A DNA stretch of 64,000 bases from Rickettsiales bacterium (lineage in GTDB: Bacteria; Pseudomonadota; Alphaproteobacteria; Rs-D84). The stretch covers positions 19,137 through 83,136 of the forward strand of contig JAISCX010000029.1 in the NCBI GenBank assembly GCA_031265235.1, in the 5' to 3' direction. This document shows positions 36,174 through 45,517 of this stretch, one piece after another. The stretch's first letter is position 1. The number at the start of each line of letters is the position of its first letter. The notes beneath the pieces were generated by a model. That model saw only the letters and a list, made by a program, of their open reading frames with translations. It had not been told where the DNA came from and searched no databases. Position numbers and translations under genes: made by a program.

Positions 36174-36488
36174 GTGCTTGACGATCATCCGGATGTTATT
36201 GCAGAATTACTATTAGGCGGAACATTCGCATTGATAACTTTCGGCTCTCTGATGCACGCTGGGGAAAAGGAACAAAATCTGTATCGTAATATAGACGTAG
36301 AAAACAAAGTGCATTCATTTCAATTTGGCACCCTTTCCCATATCAGCAAAGTTCATATAGAACCAAATAAAATTATGGTTGATTTTCCTTTGATAACATT
36401 TGGCCTGCGATCTATATCTCGTTTACATTTGGAAGAAAAACATCAAATAAAACATACGGTGTTCAAAATAATTGAACGCCAGGCATAA
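36174..36488 (+). CDS. hypothetical small protein in an AT-rich segment
   Basis: 104-aa ORF. Low local GC and no motif. Could be non-coding. Confidence 0.25.
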   Translation: MLDDHPDVIAELLLGGTFALITFGSLMHAGEKEQNLYRNIDVENKVHSFQFGTLSHISKVHIEPNKIMVDFPLITFGLRSISRLHLEEKHQIKHTVFKIIERQA

Positions 36489-36517
36489 AAATAAAATCCG
36501 GTTTTCACCGGATTTCT

Positions 36518-37423
36518 CTAGAACCTATACATAAAGCCAAGCTTTATCATTGGATACATCTTTAACTTGTCCAGTTCATCGTTCGCATCCTTTAATGCGA
36601 TGTTTTGTGCGTTGTTAAATTCCGTCTCTAAAGTTCCGGAAAGATCGTCGCTGATATTTTCCCACGCGCCGCTTTTCCATACTTCTAAGTACTCATTAAC
36701 CGGCACGTTCAATGACAACGCCGCGGTCTTGTTGGTAAATACTATCCCGGCATCCATATAAATCTTTATTCCCCAGAACAGCCCCAGGTCAAACCCGCCG
36801 CCCAAATACGGACCGCTGTATTTCCAATCAGCCTTGGCCGTGCCATTTATATCGCCGCCGTTATAACGGTATTCTGTTCCGTTAAGTTCAAATTCCATGG
36901 GTCCCCCCGGGACGCCATTCGCTTTGCCCGATAATTTCGAAAAAAAGCTGGTATTGCCGGTTATATATCCACCAGAAATACGCAGACCGCCCAAAAACCA
37001 AGTATTTCCAAAAGGGTAAAAATCAACCAGCGCACCAAAATGCTGCATGGAAAGATCAATGTCGCTGATGGTCAGGTTATCTATTTCAAGTCCGCCCGAT
37101 ATTGCGGAATTCATCGCGGAATTTATTGTTGATTTTAATGGCGCGGCTGTTGCGAAATCAAATCTGACACCCAAACGTTTCCACCAGAATGATTCAAAAT
37201 CCTTGTTCGCATACCCGATCCAACCGTTTATTCCCGAAGTTGCGCTGGCCCCCAGTCCCAATTGCACGCCGCGCGGGAATTTTATCTTTGGGTTCACAGG
37301 TTCGCTTTTTGTTTCTATTACATCTATATCTGCCGCAAACGAATCGTTTGCATCGTCTGCGATTGCCGGCGCATTGCCCAGTAAAACAGCCACCGCTGCT
37401 AGAAATATACAAAATTTTTTCAT
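36518..37423 (-). CDS. outer-membrane beta-barrel protein
   Basis: Start taken at MKKFCIFLAAVAVLLGNAPAIA (signal peptide). Alternating amphipathic strands. C-terminal ...KLGFMYRF with terminal Phe, typical of an OMP barrel signature. Confidence 0.6.
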   Translation of the reverse strand: MKKFCIFLAAVAVLLGNAPAIADDANDSFAADIDVIETKSEPVNPKIKFPRGVQLGLGASATSGINGWIGYANKDFESFWWKRLGVRFDFATAAPLKSTINSAMNSAISGGLEIDNLTISDIDLSMQHFGALVDFYPFGNTWFLGGLRISGGYITGNTSFFSKLSGKANGVPGGPMEFELNGTEYRYNGGDINGTAKADWKYSGPYLGGGFDLGLFWGIKIYMDAGIVFTNKTAALSLNVPVNEYLEVWKSGAWENISDDLSGTLETEFNNAQNIALKDANDELDKLKMYPMIKLGFMYRF

Positions 37424-37485
37424 AAAAATTCCTTTTGGTCTTGAATAATTATGAAAAAAATCCCGACAAAAAGCAACATGATAAA

Positions 37486-37512
37486 AAAAACCGCCTTTCG
37501 GCGGATTTTTCA
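37486..37512 (-). terminator. rho-independent terminator downstream of rpsU
   Basis: AAACCGCCTTTCGGCGGATTTTT hairpin with a T-run on the minus strand. Confidence 0.6.
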
Positions 37513-37618
37513 AAAATCAATTTAGATGAGATGAATGCACAGTTTTGACCAAAGAGAGCGTATTGAACATACGTGATTGGCGGTCAAAACAATCAGGCAT
37601 CCATAGAAATCGATTTTT

Positions 37619-37825
37619 CTAGAAGCCAAAGACCATTCTTTGCTTGGACTGTCTTTTCTTTTCTTTGCGGACGGCTTCTTCTTTCAGTCGTTTGCGCATT
37701 GTCGTCGGCTTTTCATAACGCTGGCGTTCCTTGGACTCGCGATACAGGCCCTCTTTCTGGGATTTTCTTTTCGCCACGCGCAATGCTTGCTCTACATTAT
37801 TGTCGCGCACTAAAACTTTGACCAT
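37619..37825 (-). CDS. rpsU: 30S ribosomal protein S21
   Basis: MVKVLVRDNNVEQALRVAKRKSQKEGLYRESKERQRYEKPTTMRKRLKEEAVRK is the S21 consensus. Start taken at the second Met. Confidence 0.85.
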   Translation of the reverse strand: MVKVLVRDNNVEQALRVAKRKSQKEGLYRESKERQRYEKPTTMRKRLKEEAVRKEKKRQSKQRMVFGF

Positions 37826-37900
37826 ATAAATCACCCCCTTTGCGGTTTGGTGCGGGCATTATGTCCCGCCCCGCCCCAAAAATCAAGCAAAATATATTTA

Positions 37901-37928
37901 TTGACAAATATTGGTATAATTATATAAT
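37901..37928 (+). promoter_or_regulatory. near-consensus sigma70 promoter for the downstream alpha/beta hydrolase gene
   Basis: TTGACA (37901-37906), 16-bp spacer, TATAAT (37923-37928), about 30 bp upstream of the ATG at 37956. Confidence 0.5.
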
Positions 37929-37955
37929 ATTGCCGCACTGAAAAGGATTTACCAA

Positions 37956-38894
37956 ATGGCGTATCTTCTGAGCAAGCTGCCGGACGAAATATCAGAATCG
38001 CTGAAAAGCATTGAAAGCAAGTCGCTTGTAACACCGGTGGAATTTTCCGGCGGATCGCCGGTAAGTAATTACGGGCATATAACGCATTATGAAATTTCCA
38101 GCAAGCATACCGGAAACATAGTGTTGTTGCCAGGATTGGCAAGCAATACGAAAATCGACCCGCTGATGAACGCCTGCCGTTTGTGGTCTCTGTCGCATAA
38201 TTACAATGTGTTCTGCCTGGACCATTTTCTTGGCGACTTCAAGCCGGAATTTTCCGAAACGGATGCAAAAAACAACTCTTACGAACAGTTCATGAATGTG
38301 ATTACAGCCGGACTGAACATGATATCCACGATGTCCGAAGGCAAATGGACAGCATTGCTGGCCCATTCGTTCGGCGCGCGCGGCGGCATAGATTATTTCA
38401 ACGCAAAGGCGGAATCCGACCAAATAACGAACTTTTCCGCCGTTGCCCTTTTCGCGCCGTTCGCGTCAAAGGAACACACCGACCGGCTGATTCGCACAAG
38501 ACACAAGGGAACGACGGCAAGCGATGAAGAGCTGCGCGAATTGCCGATATCCTTTACAAATCCAAACAATCCGGACAAACAGAACACGCATGTTTCGTTT
38601 TACCCAAGCATGCTGTATTCCAAAGATCCGCGGCCGGATATGATGCGGAAATGGAACATGGACACGATTTTCGTAACGGGCGGCAGAGACCACCGCGCGC
38701 CCGCGGCCGTGCATTACCAGCTGTATCAGGAACTCAGCCAGGGACCGAACGGGCATATGTTCAAGTATGTTGAATTTCCGGCCAGCAACCATTCGTTTTT
38801 CGATCAGCACAAAGATTATATAAACCTGATGAGGCTGGTTAAAAGCCTGCGTGACAAAAAATGGCATCCAAAACAGACCTTGCAATACCAGTAA
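37956..38894 (+). CDS. alpha/beta-fold hydrolase
   Basis: 312 aa. Nucleophile elbow LLAHSFGARGG (AxSxG) and downstream Asp/His candidates. Confidence 0.55.
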   Translation: MAYLLSKLPDEISESLKSIESKSLVTPVEFSGGSPVSNYGHITHYEISSKHTGNIVLLPGLASNTKIDPLMNACRLWSLSHNYNVFCLDHFLGDFKPEFSETDAKNNSYEQFMNVITAGLNMISTMSEGKWTALLAHSFGARGGIDYFNAKAESDQITNFSAVALFAPFASKEHTDRLIRTRHKGTTASDEELRELPISFTNPNNPDKQNTHVSFYPSMLYSKDPRPDMMRKWNMDTIFVTGGRDHRAPAAVHYQLYQELSQGPNGHMFKYVEFPASNHSFFDQHKDYINLMRLVKSLRDKKWHPKQTLQYQ

Positions 38895-38915
38895 CATGCC
38901 GCTATACTGATTTAC

Positions 38916-40715
38916 ATGAAAAAACTATTTGAAAAAATAAAATCATTTGTAAAAAACGACGATCCGGAATCGCAAATCAAGTGGTCGCTTTACAAGCGCG
39001 TCTGGCAGGAAGTCGGCCGGCCGCAATGGAAATGGCTGGCCGCCGGAATAATCTGCACCATATTTTCTGCGGGCGCCGAAGCATTTTCGATAACGCTGGT
39101 TCGCCAGGTAATCGACCAGGGATTCATTGAAAAAAACATGACGTCCCTTTATTGGATCGGGATACAGATCGTCGCGGCGTTCGGATTCAAAAGCATTTTC
39201 GCGTATTCGAAAACTTTGCTGATTGCGAAAGCGGGGCTGCTGGCCGCGACGGGACTGCGCCGGCGCATTTACCGCCATATGGTCCGAATGCACATCGGAT
39301 TGTTCAATAAATCCGAAGTTGGAAAGCTGATGAACTATTACAGCGTCCAGGCCGCCGCGGTTCTTAATCTGGTGACCGACAGCATCATATCCATGGTTCA
39401 AAACAGCGCGACTTTGATATTCATGATAATTCTGATGCTGTGGTACGCGCCCCAGATGTTCGCGGTACTATTGTTCCTGGTGCCGGCCATCATCGTGCCG
39501 CTTATGATAATAATGCGCAAAAAAAGAAAGCTGACGCGCCGGCAATTCGAAATAGCGGGATCGTCCACCACGCACATAAACCAGACGATCCAAGGCATCA
39601 AAACAATCCAGTCTTTCAGCAACGAAGAACCGGAAGCCGTCCGCTTTGACAGTATAGAAAGCAAGAATATCAAAAATTCATATAAAACGATCCAATTGAA
39701 CGGGATCCAATCGCCGCTGCTGGAAATCATGATTTCCATCGGGCTTGGGCTTGCGCTGATTGTGGGCGGTTATTTTATCACATCCGGCCAGATTTCAATG
39801 GGTGATTTTACCGCGTTCATACTGGCGCTGACCGCGGCATACCAGCCGGCAAAGAAAATCACGGGCGTTGGCGGCGGAATACAAAACGGGCTGATTGGCG
39901 CGGAACAGCTGTTTGAATTCCTTGATACAGAATCAGAAATCCAAGACTCGGCGAACGCCAAAGACTTGAAACCCGGCCCAATGAACGTTCGGTTGAAAAA
40001 TGTGTCTTTCGCATACAATTCCGCCGATGGGGATATTTTGCACGATATCAGCCTTGACATAGCGCCCGGAACCGTATGCGCGCTTGTCGGGCCATCCGGC
40101 GGGGGCAAGTCAACAATATTCAATCTGCTGGAACGGTTTTACGACCCGCAAAAGGGCAGCGTTTTGATTAATGGCAAAGATATGCGAAAATATACCTTGG
40201 CATCCGTCCGCCGCAATATCGCGATTGTATCGCAGGACGTATTTTTATTCAACGGCTCTATCGCGGACAACATAAAATACGGCGCGCCTGACGCGACCGG
40301 GAAAGAAATCAAAGACGCCACGATCGCGGCCAACGCGCATGATTTTATAAAAGAGCTGCCGAACGGATATAAAACGAATGTCGGCGAACGCGGAAGCCTG
40401 TTGTCCGGCGGCCAGAAACAACGAATAGCAATCGCGCGCGCCATACTTAAAAACGCGCCCATACTGCTTTTGGACGAAGCGACAAGCGCATTGGACACAC
40501 AGTCGGAAAAGCTGATCCAAGCCGCGCTGAAAAAGCTGATGGCGGGTCGGACAACATTTGTTATCGCACACCGGCTGTCCACAATATTGGATGCGGATCA
40601 GATTTGCGTGATGAGCGGCGGCCGGATTACAGAACGCGGCACCGATGCAGAATTAACAAAGGCGGCCGGCGATTACAAGAAACTAAAAGACATACAGTTT
40701 AAGAATAATAAATAA
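38916..40715 (+). CDS. ABC transporter permease/ATPase fusion (MsbA-like exporter)
   Basis: Six N-terminal TM helices, then Walker A GPSGGGKST, signature LSGGQKQRIAIARA, Walker B LLLDEATSALD and an H-loop. Confidence 0.85.
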   Translation: MKKLFEKIKSFVKNDDPESQIKWSLYKRVWQEVGRPQWKWLAAGIICTIFSAGAEAFSITLVRQVIDQGFIEKNMTSLYWIGIQIVAAFGFKSIFAYSKTLLIAKAGLLAATGLRRRIYRHMVRMHIGLFNKSEVGKLMNYYSVQAAAVLNLVTDSIISMVQNSATLIFMIILMLWYAPQMFAVLLFLVPAIIVPLMIIMRKKRKLTRRQFEIAGSSTTHINQTIQGIKTIQSFSNEEPEAVRFDSIESKNIKNSYKTIQLNGIQSPLLEIMISIGLGLALIVGGYFITSGQISMGDFTAFILALTAAYQPAKKITGVGGGIQNGLIGAEQLFEFLDTESEIQDSANAKDLKPGPMNVRLKNVSFAYNSADGDILHDISLDIAPGTVCALVGPSGGGKSTIFNLLERFYDPQKGSVLINGKDMRKYTLASVRRNIAIVSQDVFLFNGSIADNIKYGAPDATGKEIKDATIAANAHDFIKELPNGYKTNVGERGSLLSGGQKQRIAIARAILKNAPILLLDEATSALDTQSEKLIQAALKKLMAGRTTFVIAHRLSTILDADQICVMSGGRITERGTDAELTKAAGDYKKLKDIQFKNNK

Positions 40716-40754
40716 TTATAAAAGAGGAGAGAGAAACAAAAAAAGGAAGAAAAA

Positions 40755-42374
40755 ATGCTTGCAACCAAAGAAACCTTGTTGTTCTCGGAAAATCCTGTCT
40801 ATAAAAATCTGCCATTGGAATTCACGCGGACCGTGAACGCGGACAATTCTGAATCATACACCGTTTATTTCAAAAAAGATGGAAAGCGCGCGAACATAAT
40901 ATCCAAAGGAGCAAGGCGGGCGTATCAAATCATGGCCGCGCATGGTGACAGCATTATTCTAAAGCGCCGTGGAAAGAACGGAATTGCAAGCCTTTTGCGT
41001 ATTTCAAAGAAAACGGGGGCAAAGGACGAAGATATTGTATTCGGCGCGGAAGAAATCGCGGTCTCTACAAATGAAGACTCTGTTTATATAAGCGCATTTA
41101 CAGACGCCAAGCGCATCAGCACGCCGAATTATTACTGTAAAATAAAAAACGGAAAGTTAGAGCATGTTTTAAACCGCCCGTCGTTCAACATAAGGATTTA
41201 CAAAAATACCGACAACGGCGACGACGTAAAGAAGGCGTCTGAAAACACGACGGTCGCAAAGAAAAAGGGCCGCGCGACACCGCCGTATGAAGACATGGAT
41301 TTGAAAAGACTGCGGACAAGGCTTTGCCAGCTGAAATATCAGATAAAAAAAGGCACGCGCACTTCGCCAATCCCGAAAGAGCTGACCGACGCCATATTTA
41401 AAAAAGAAGCCGCAGAATCGCTGGATACTGTCGATAGAAAATTAAATGCCCCGAAAGTGCGGTATTCCGACAGAACGCTGACACAGTTATGCCAGCTGCT
41501 TTACTGCATGCGCAATGCTATAAAACATGGAAAGCGCAAGTCCCCTATTCCGGATGATTTGATTGCAGAGATTAAAAAAAAGAAAGCCACAGCGAAAGCC
41601 GCAAAACAGGAAAAAGCGCCGGTTGCAAAAACTGCGCCGGCACCAACAGCGGCACCGGCAGAAATCACAGCGGAACAGGTTCTGGAATTCGTCGCAAAAA
41701 ATCCCTGGATTATAAAGGATATTCTGCGCGACATTGCCGATTCAATCGCATCTGAAAAACCGGCCACAGAAAAGAAGACGCGAAATTCCGGCGGCACAAA
41801 GCCCGCCCCTGTATTCACAGAATCGGACGATGAACAGGAATTGACGGAATTGACAACTTCTTCAACAGCCGCCCAGCCGATTCCAGAACCAGAGTCCGTC
41901 AATCCTATTCCCATAGCAAAAGAATCTATAAAAGCAGAGAATCCTGGTCCCGCGCCAAAGGCGCCGACGCTGGGCGAGAATGATGTTCCGGTCAAAATTA
42001 TTGTCAAAAAGCAATACCTGAACGGTGCATTGGTTGATATATCTGCAAAAAAAGTTCCGCTTTTGCAGAATATTATCTATATAAATGCAGAAGTTTTACT
42101 TGATGGCAAGGTAATAGACTTTCATATCCAGAACCAAAATAATCCCCAGGAACACAAAGTCTTTTTTGCAAACGGTCTGCAAAAGAAATTCACCGGTCAG
42201 AACAAGTTCTCCAAAACAGCCGTTTATATAACGACTGTCACACAATTTGAAAACGGACTGATGATAGAGCTTAGCAATAATCAAAAATATATTACCAATA
42301 TGCAGGAAATAAACAAGCAGGCCGGCGCAAGGCGGTTTGTCATTGTTGAAAACCAGGTAATTGCATCAATGTAA
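40755..42374 (+). CDS. hypothetical protein with internal about 57-aa repeats and Pro/Ala/Glu-rich linker
   Basis: 539 aa. Repeats LCQLKYQIKKGTRTSPIPKELTDAIFKKE and LCQLLYCMRNAIKHGKRKSPIPDDLIAEIKKKK. Low GC and no signal peptide. Confidence 0.5.
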   Translation: MLATKETLLFSENPVYKNLPLEFTRTVNADNSESYTVYFKKDGKRANIISKGARRAYQIMAAHGDSIILKRRGKNGIASLLRISKKTGAKDEDIVFGAEEIAVSTNEDSVYISAFTDAKRISTPNYYCKIKNGKLEHVLNRPSFNIRIYKNTDNGDDVKKASENTTVAKKKGRATPPYEDMDLKRLRTRLCQLKYQIKKGTRTSPIPKELTDAIFKKEAAESLDTVDRKLNAPKVRYSDRTLTQLCQLLYCMRNAIKHGKRKSPIPDDLIAEIKKKKATAKAAKQEKAPVAKTAPAPTAAPAEITAEQVLEFVAKNPWIIKDILRDIADSIASEKPATEKKTRNSGGTKPAPVFTESDDEQELTELTTSSTAAQPIPEPESVNPIPIAKESIKAENPGPAPKAPTLGENDVPVKIIVKKQYLNGALVDISAKKVPLLQNIIYINAEVLLDGKVIDFHIQNQNNPQEHKVFFANGLQKKFTGQNKFSKTAVYITTVTQFENGLMIELSNNQKYITNMQEINKQAGARRFVIVENQVIASM

Positions 42375-42403
42375 AAAATCCGCACTATGTGCGGATTTTT
42401 TAT
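42375..42403 (+). terminator. rho-independent terminator
   Basis: AAAATCCGCAC-TATG-TGCGGATTTT followed by TT. Confidence 0.7.
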
Positions 42404-42723
42404 TACCTCGTTTTTAGTGCCAAAATGTCCCATTATGACCTATGATACGCTGTGATGTGCTACTTTGACACAACTACCACTCAGACAGATTTAAAGAAAA
42501 ATAATCCAAAATGATGCCAAACAAGGCATTAGAAAAAGACATATGCGAGACATAGGATTTGGACATATCCCGGACATTTTGGAATACTGTGAAAGACATA
42601 ATGGTTGATTTTTATACAGATTTATGATATAATGGCTCTAACAAAGGCGGAATTCTATTCCGCTGTTTTTATCCGACCCTGCATTCGTGCAGGGCCTTTT
42701 TTATAAAACAAAAAGGAATAATT

Positions 42724-43350
42724 ATGGAACCTACTTATGTATCAGCATTCAAGGGTATTGGCAATAACGCGATGTATGTTGGAAGCGATGGGAATATTTA
42801 TGAACATAGCGGCGGAACAATTGCGTGGCGTAATAATAATCCGGGGAATATGCGGGCGTATAAATCTGTATTTAATCGTGGCGCAATCGGAACCGGCGGT
42901 GGCGCAACCGAAAAAGCGCCGGGGTTCGCAATATTTCCCGATGCAAACACTGGTTGGAACGCGATGGTTGATTTGTTGTCAGAGCCTATGTATCAAAATC
43001 TTACTATTGAAGAAGCCATCAATAAATATTCCCCGCCAGAAGAAAACAATGTGGAAAATTATCTGAAATCTTTGGAAAATCAAACCGGGTTTCCGCGCAT
43101 TACGCCAATGAATAATCTGTCAAAAGATAATTTGTTAAAACTTGCCAAAGCTATGAAAGCGCACGAAGGGAATAAACCGGGCAAAAAGCGGCTTGTTCCA
43201 AAAAATGAAAAATATATGTGGGTTACTGAAGGCGACGACAAAGTTCGTCCAGAACACGAAGCACTGGACGGCGAAGTGCGGTCATGGTATGATAGTCCGC
43301 ATCCGGGCGAAGATTTTGGATGCAGATGTCATGCTGAAGCAGTTGATTAG
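42724..43350 (+). CDS. phage-derived protein with C-terminal Mu F / SPP1 gp7-type motif
   Basis: The C-terminus RPEHEALDGEVRSWYDSPHPGEDFGCRCHAE matches the conserved R-x-x-H-x-x-L-D-G ... P-x-H-P-x-C-R-C block of phage head-morphogenesis (Mu F-like) domains. The N-terminal 150 aa (WRNNNPGNMR, GFAIFPDANTGWNAM) are unassigned. Confidence 0.5.
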   Translation: MEPTYVSAFKGIGNNAMYVGSDGNIYEHSGGTIAWRNNNPGNMRAYKSVFNRGAIGTGGGATEKAPGFAIFPDANTGWNAMVDLLSEPMYQNLTIEEAINKYSPPEENNVENYLKSLENQTGFPRITPMNNLSKDNLLKLAKAMKAHEGNKPGKKRLVPKNEKYMWVTEGDDKVRPEHEALDGEVRSWYDSPHPGEDFGCRCHAEAVD

Positions 43351-43861
43351 ATATTTTTTAATTTTTCTATTTTGTGCCGCTTGCGCGGGCCGACCAACAT
43401 ATGTTGACTATGATAAGATGGATTATGGTTTGCCCAAAACACCAGATAAAGAAGAAATTTTTAATGTTGAAACGGAAAATTTAGATGTTTATGGAGTATC
43501 CAATATAGATACTTTTTATATTGATATAAGTGACGATGGAAAAAAAGATAAAATAATTAGGGGGTATTTTGCAAACATAAGCGCCCACGGATATACTTTC
43601 TATGAAATATACTTGAACAACGGGGAACAGGTTGCAAGATTCCGAACCCTTGAAGGCGCGGATTGTTTTTTAGAGGCTTATAAATTTCAATTTGAGCCAT
43701 TTATATTGACCAAAGCCTCGCGGTCATGGAAAGATACATGGGCAACGCCAACTCCGGCAAAAATTGAGAAATACAAAATCACAAATAATAAATTGGAGAA
43801 AATATCCGAAAAATCTGGTGGAATAATTTGCGATGTTAGGGAATTATTGCAAGAAAGATGA
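43331..43861 (+). CDS. putative lipoprotein (176 aa)
   Basis: Start taken at MLKQLIRYFLIFLFCAAC (lipobox-like LFCAAC). Overlaps the end of the preceding gene by 20 nt. No motif. Confidence 0.4.
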   Translation: MLKQLIRYFLIFLFCAACAGRPTYVDYDKMDYGLPKTPDKEEIFNVETENLDVYGVSNIDTFYIDISDDGKKDKIIRGYFANISAHGYTFYEIYLNNGEQVARFRTLEGADCFLEAYKFQFEPFILTKASRSWKDTWATPTPAKIEKYKITNNKLEKISEKSGGIICDVRELLQER

Positions 43862-43991
43862 ATTTGTAGAAATATGCGTCATTTTTTCTACAAATATGTA
43901 TGTATTTTTGTAGGAAACGGTGCGCGGACATAAAGTAAAAGACAGGCTATTTTAGAGAGATATAGTGCCACAAGCTCTGCGACATATAATA

Positions 43992-44036
43992 GACATAAAA
44001 TCTAAAAATTAAAATTAAAAGCCCGCACAAGCCTAG
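43992..44036 (-). terminator. terminator downstream of ccrM
   Basis: CCCGCA-(loop)-TGCGGG hairpin with an A/T-rich run on the minus strand. Confidence 0.5.
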
Positions 44037-44074
44037 ATTTCTGCGGGTTTTGCGCTTTAATAGGCAGCTATTTT

Positions 44075-45175
44075 TTATGCGGCCTTTTTCATGCCGCGTT
44101 TTGATTCGCGCGCATATTTGCGCAGATCGTCAATCGGGACCAGCGATCCGTCGCGCTTTTCCGCAGACCAATAATCCCACCCGTTAAACGATGCGCATTG
44201 CTGAACGCGCGCCGCCATTACGTGAATCGAAGCCTTGCCCAGCAATGTATGCCGCAGATGGCCGTCGCTGGTGATCATGACGCGGTCGCCACGTCTGCCG
44301 ACCAGCGTCTGTCCAACATGCAACAGACCGCCCGCAATCAATTCCATAAACGCAACCCGGACTTCTTCGCGCTTTGCCGCGACTTCTATTTCCGAAAGAT
44401 CGATCGGATTCGTGGCATTTATGCGCGACAGCGCGCCTTTGATATATGATCGCTCTTTCTCTATTCCTATCCAATTTCTGGACAGTTCGCGCGCGACCGC
44501 GCCGGTTGTGCCGGAACCAAAGAACGGATCCAGTATCACATCGCCCACTTTCGTACAGGACAGTATCACCCGCCGCAATAAATCCGCAGGCTTTTGCGTT
44601 GTGTGTAAAGATTTGCCATTATCGTCTTTCAATCGTTCGCCGCCCAGACATATGTCGATTCCGCCCCAATCGCTGCGCATCTGTTTGCCGCCGTTGAATT
44701 TTTTCATGGTGTCGTAATTAAAGGTATATTTTCCCGTCTTTTGCGGGGTCGCCCAGATCAGCGTCTCGTGCGCGTTCGTAAACCGCGTTCCGCGAAAATT
44801 CGGCATAGGATTGGTCTTGACCCATACTATATCGTTCAGAATCCAGAATCCCATATCCTGCATAATCGCGCCCACTTTGAAAATATTATGATAGCTGCCG
44901 ATTACCCACATCGATCCTGTGGGTTTCAAGACGCGTTTGCATTCGGAAAGCCATGCCCGGGTGAAATCGTCGTATTCCGCGCTGGACTCAAACCAGTCCC
45001 ATCCGTCGCGAACGGCCCTGGCCGCGGTCTGGTCTTCGGGCCTATACAGGGTTTTGGCCCCCAGCCGCAGGTTATAAGGCGGATCGGCGAATATGGCGTC
45101 AACGGAATTGTCCGGCAATTCCTTTATCCGTTCCACGCAATCACCTTGCAAAATGGTGTTTATATATTCCCTCAT
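44075..45175 (-). CDS. ccrM: CcrM-type beta-class N6-adenine DNA methyltransferase
   Basis: Motif IV IFADPPYNL near the N-terminus and motif I DPFFGSGTTGAVA near the C-terminus (beta-class order). C-terminal extension and 366-aa length as in Caulobacter CcrM. Confidence 0.85.
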   Translation of the reverse strand: MREYINTILQGDCVERIKELPDNSVDAIFADPPYNLRLGAKTLYRPEDQTAARAVRDGWDWFESSAEYDDFTRAWLSECKRVLKPTGSMWVIGSYHNIFKVGAIMQDMGFWILNDIVWVKTNPMPNFRGTRFTNAHETLIWATPQKTGKYTFNYDTMKKFNGGKQMRSDWGGIDICLGGERLKDDNGKSLHTTQKPADLLRRVILSCTKVGDVILDPFFGSGTTGAVARELSRNWIGIEKERSYIKGALSRINATNPIDLSEIEVAAKREEVRVAFMELIAGGLLHVGQTLVGRRGDRVMITSDGHLRHTLLGKASIHVMAARVQQCASFNGWDYWSAEKRDGSLVPIDDLRKYARESKRGMKKAA

Positions 45176-45517
45176 TCCCCTTATTTTATCATAAATTCCC
45201 CCCTGCCCTTTTCCATTTTCTCCACTGCCTATAAAATAAATACCTTGATTTTTTTATTTTTTTTAATTTTCAACCAGAACGCATAAAGACATTGCCGCAA
45301 AAATTATTAAAAATAATTCTGGGCGCGGCGCGACCCACCGGAACCAGACCCGCATTTTTGTATACCGGGAAAATATTCCCTTGACATTTATTCCTATATT
45401 GTTTAATTATACTTACCAATAAGTTCTATAAAGCTATAGACCTTAGACATTATTGTAACGGGGTCCTCCCCGTTCCTTTTCAAAAACCAAAATAAAACCT
45501 ATAAAAAGGATGATATA

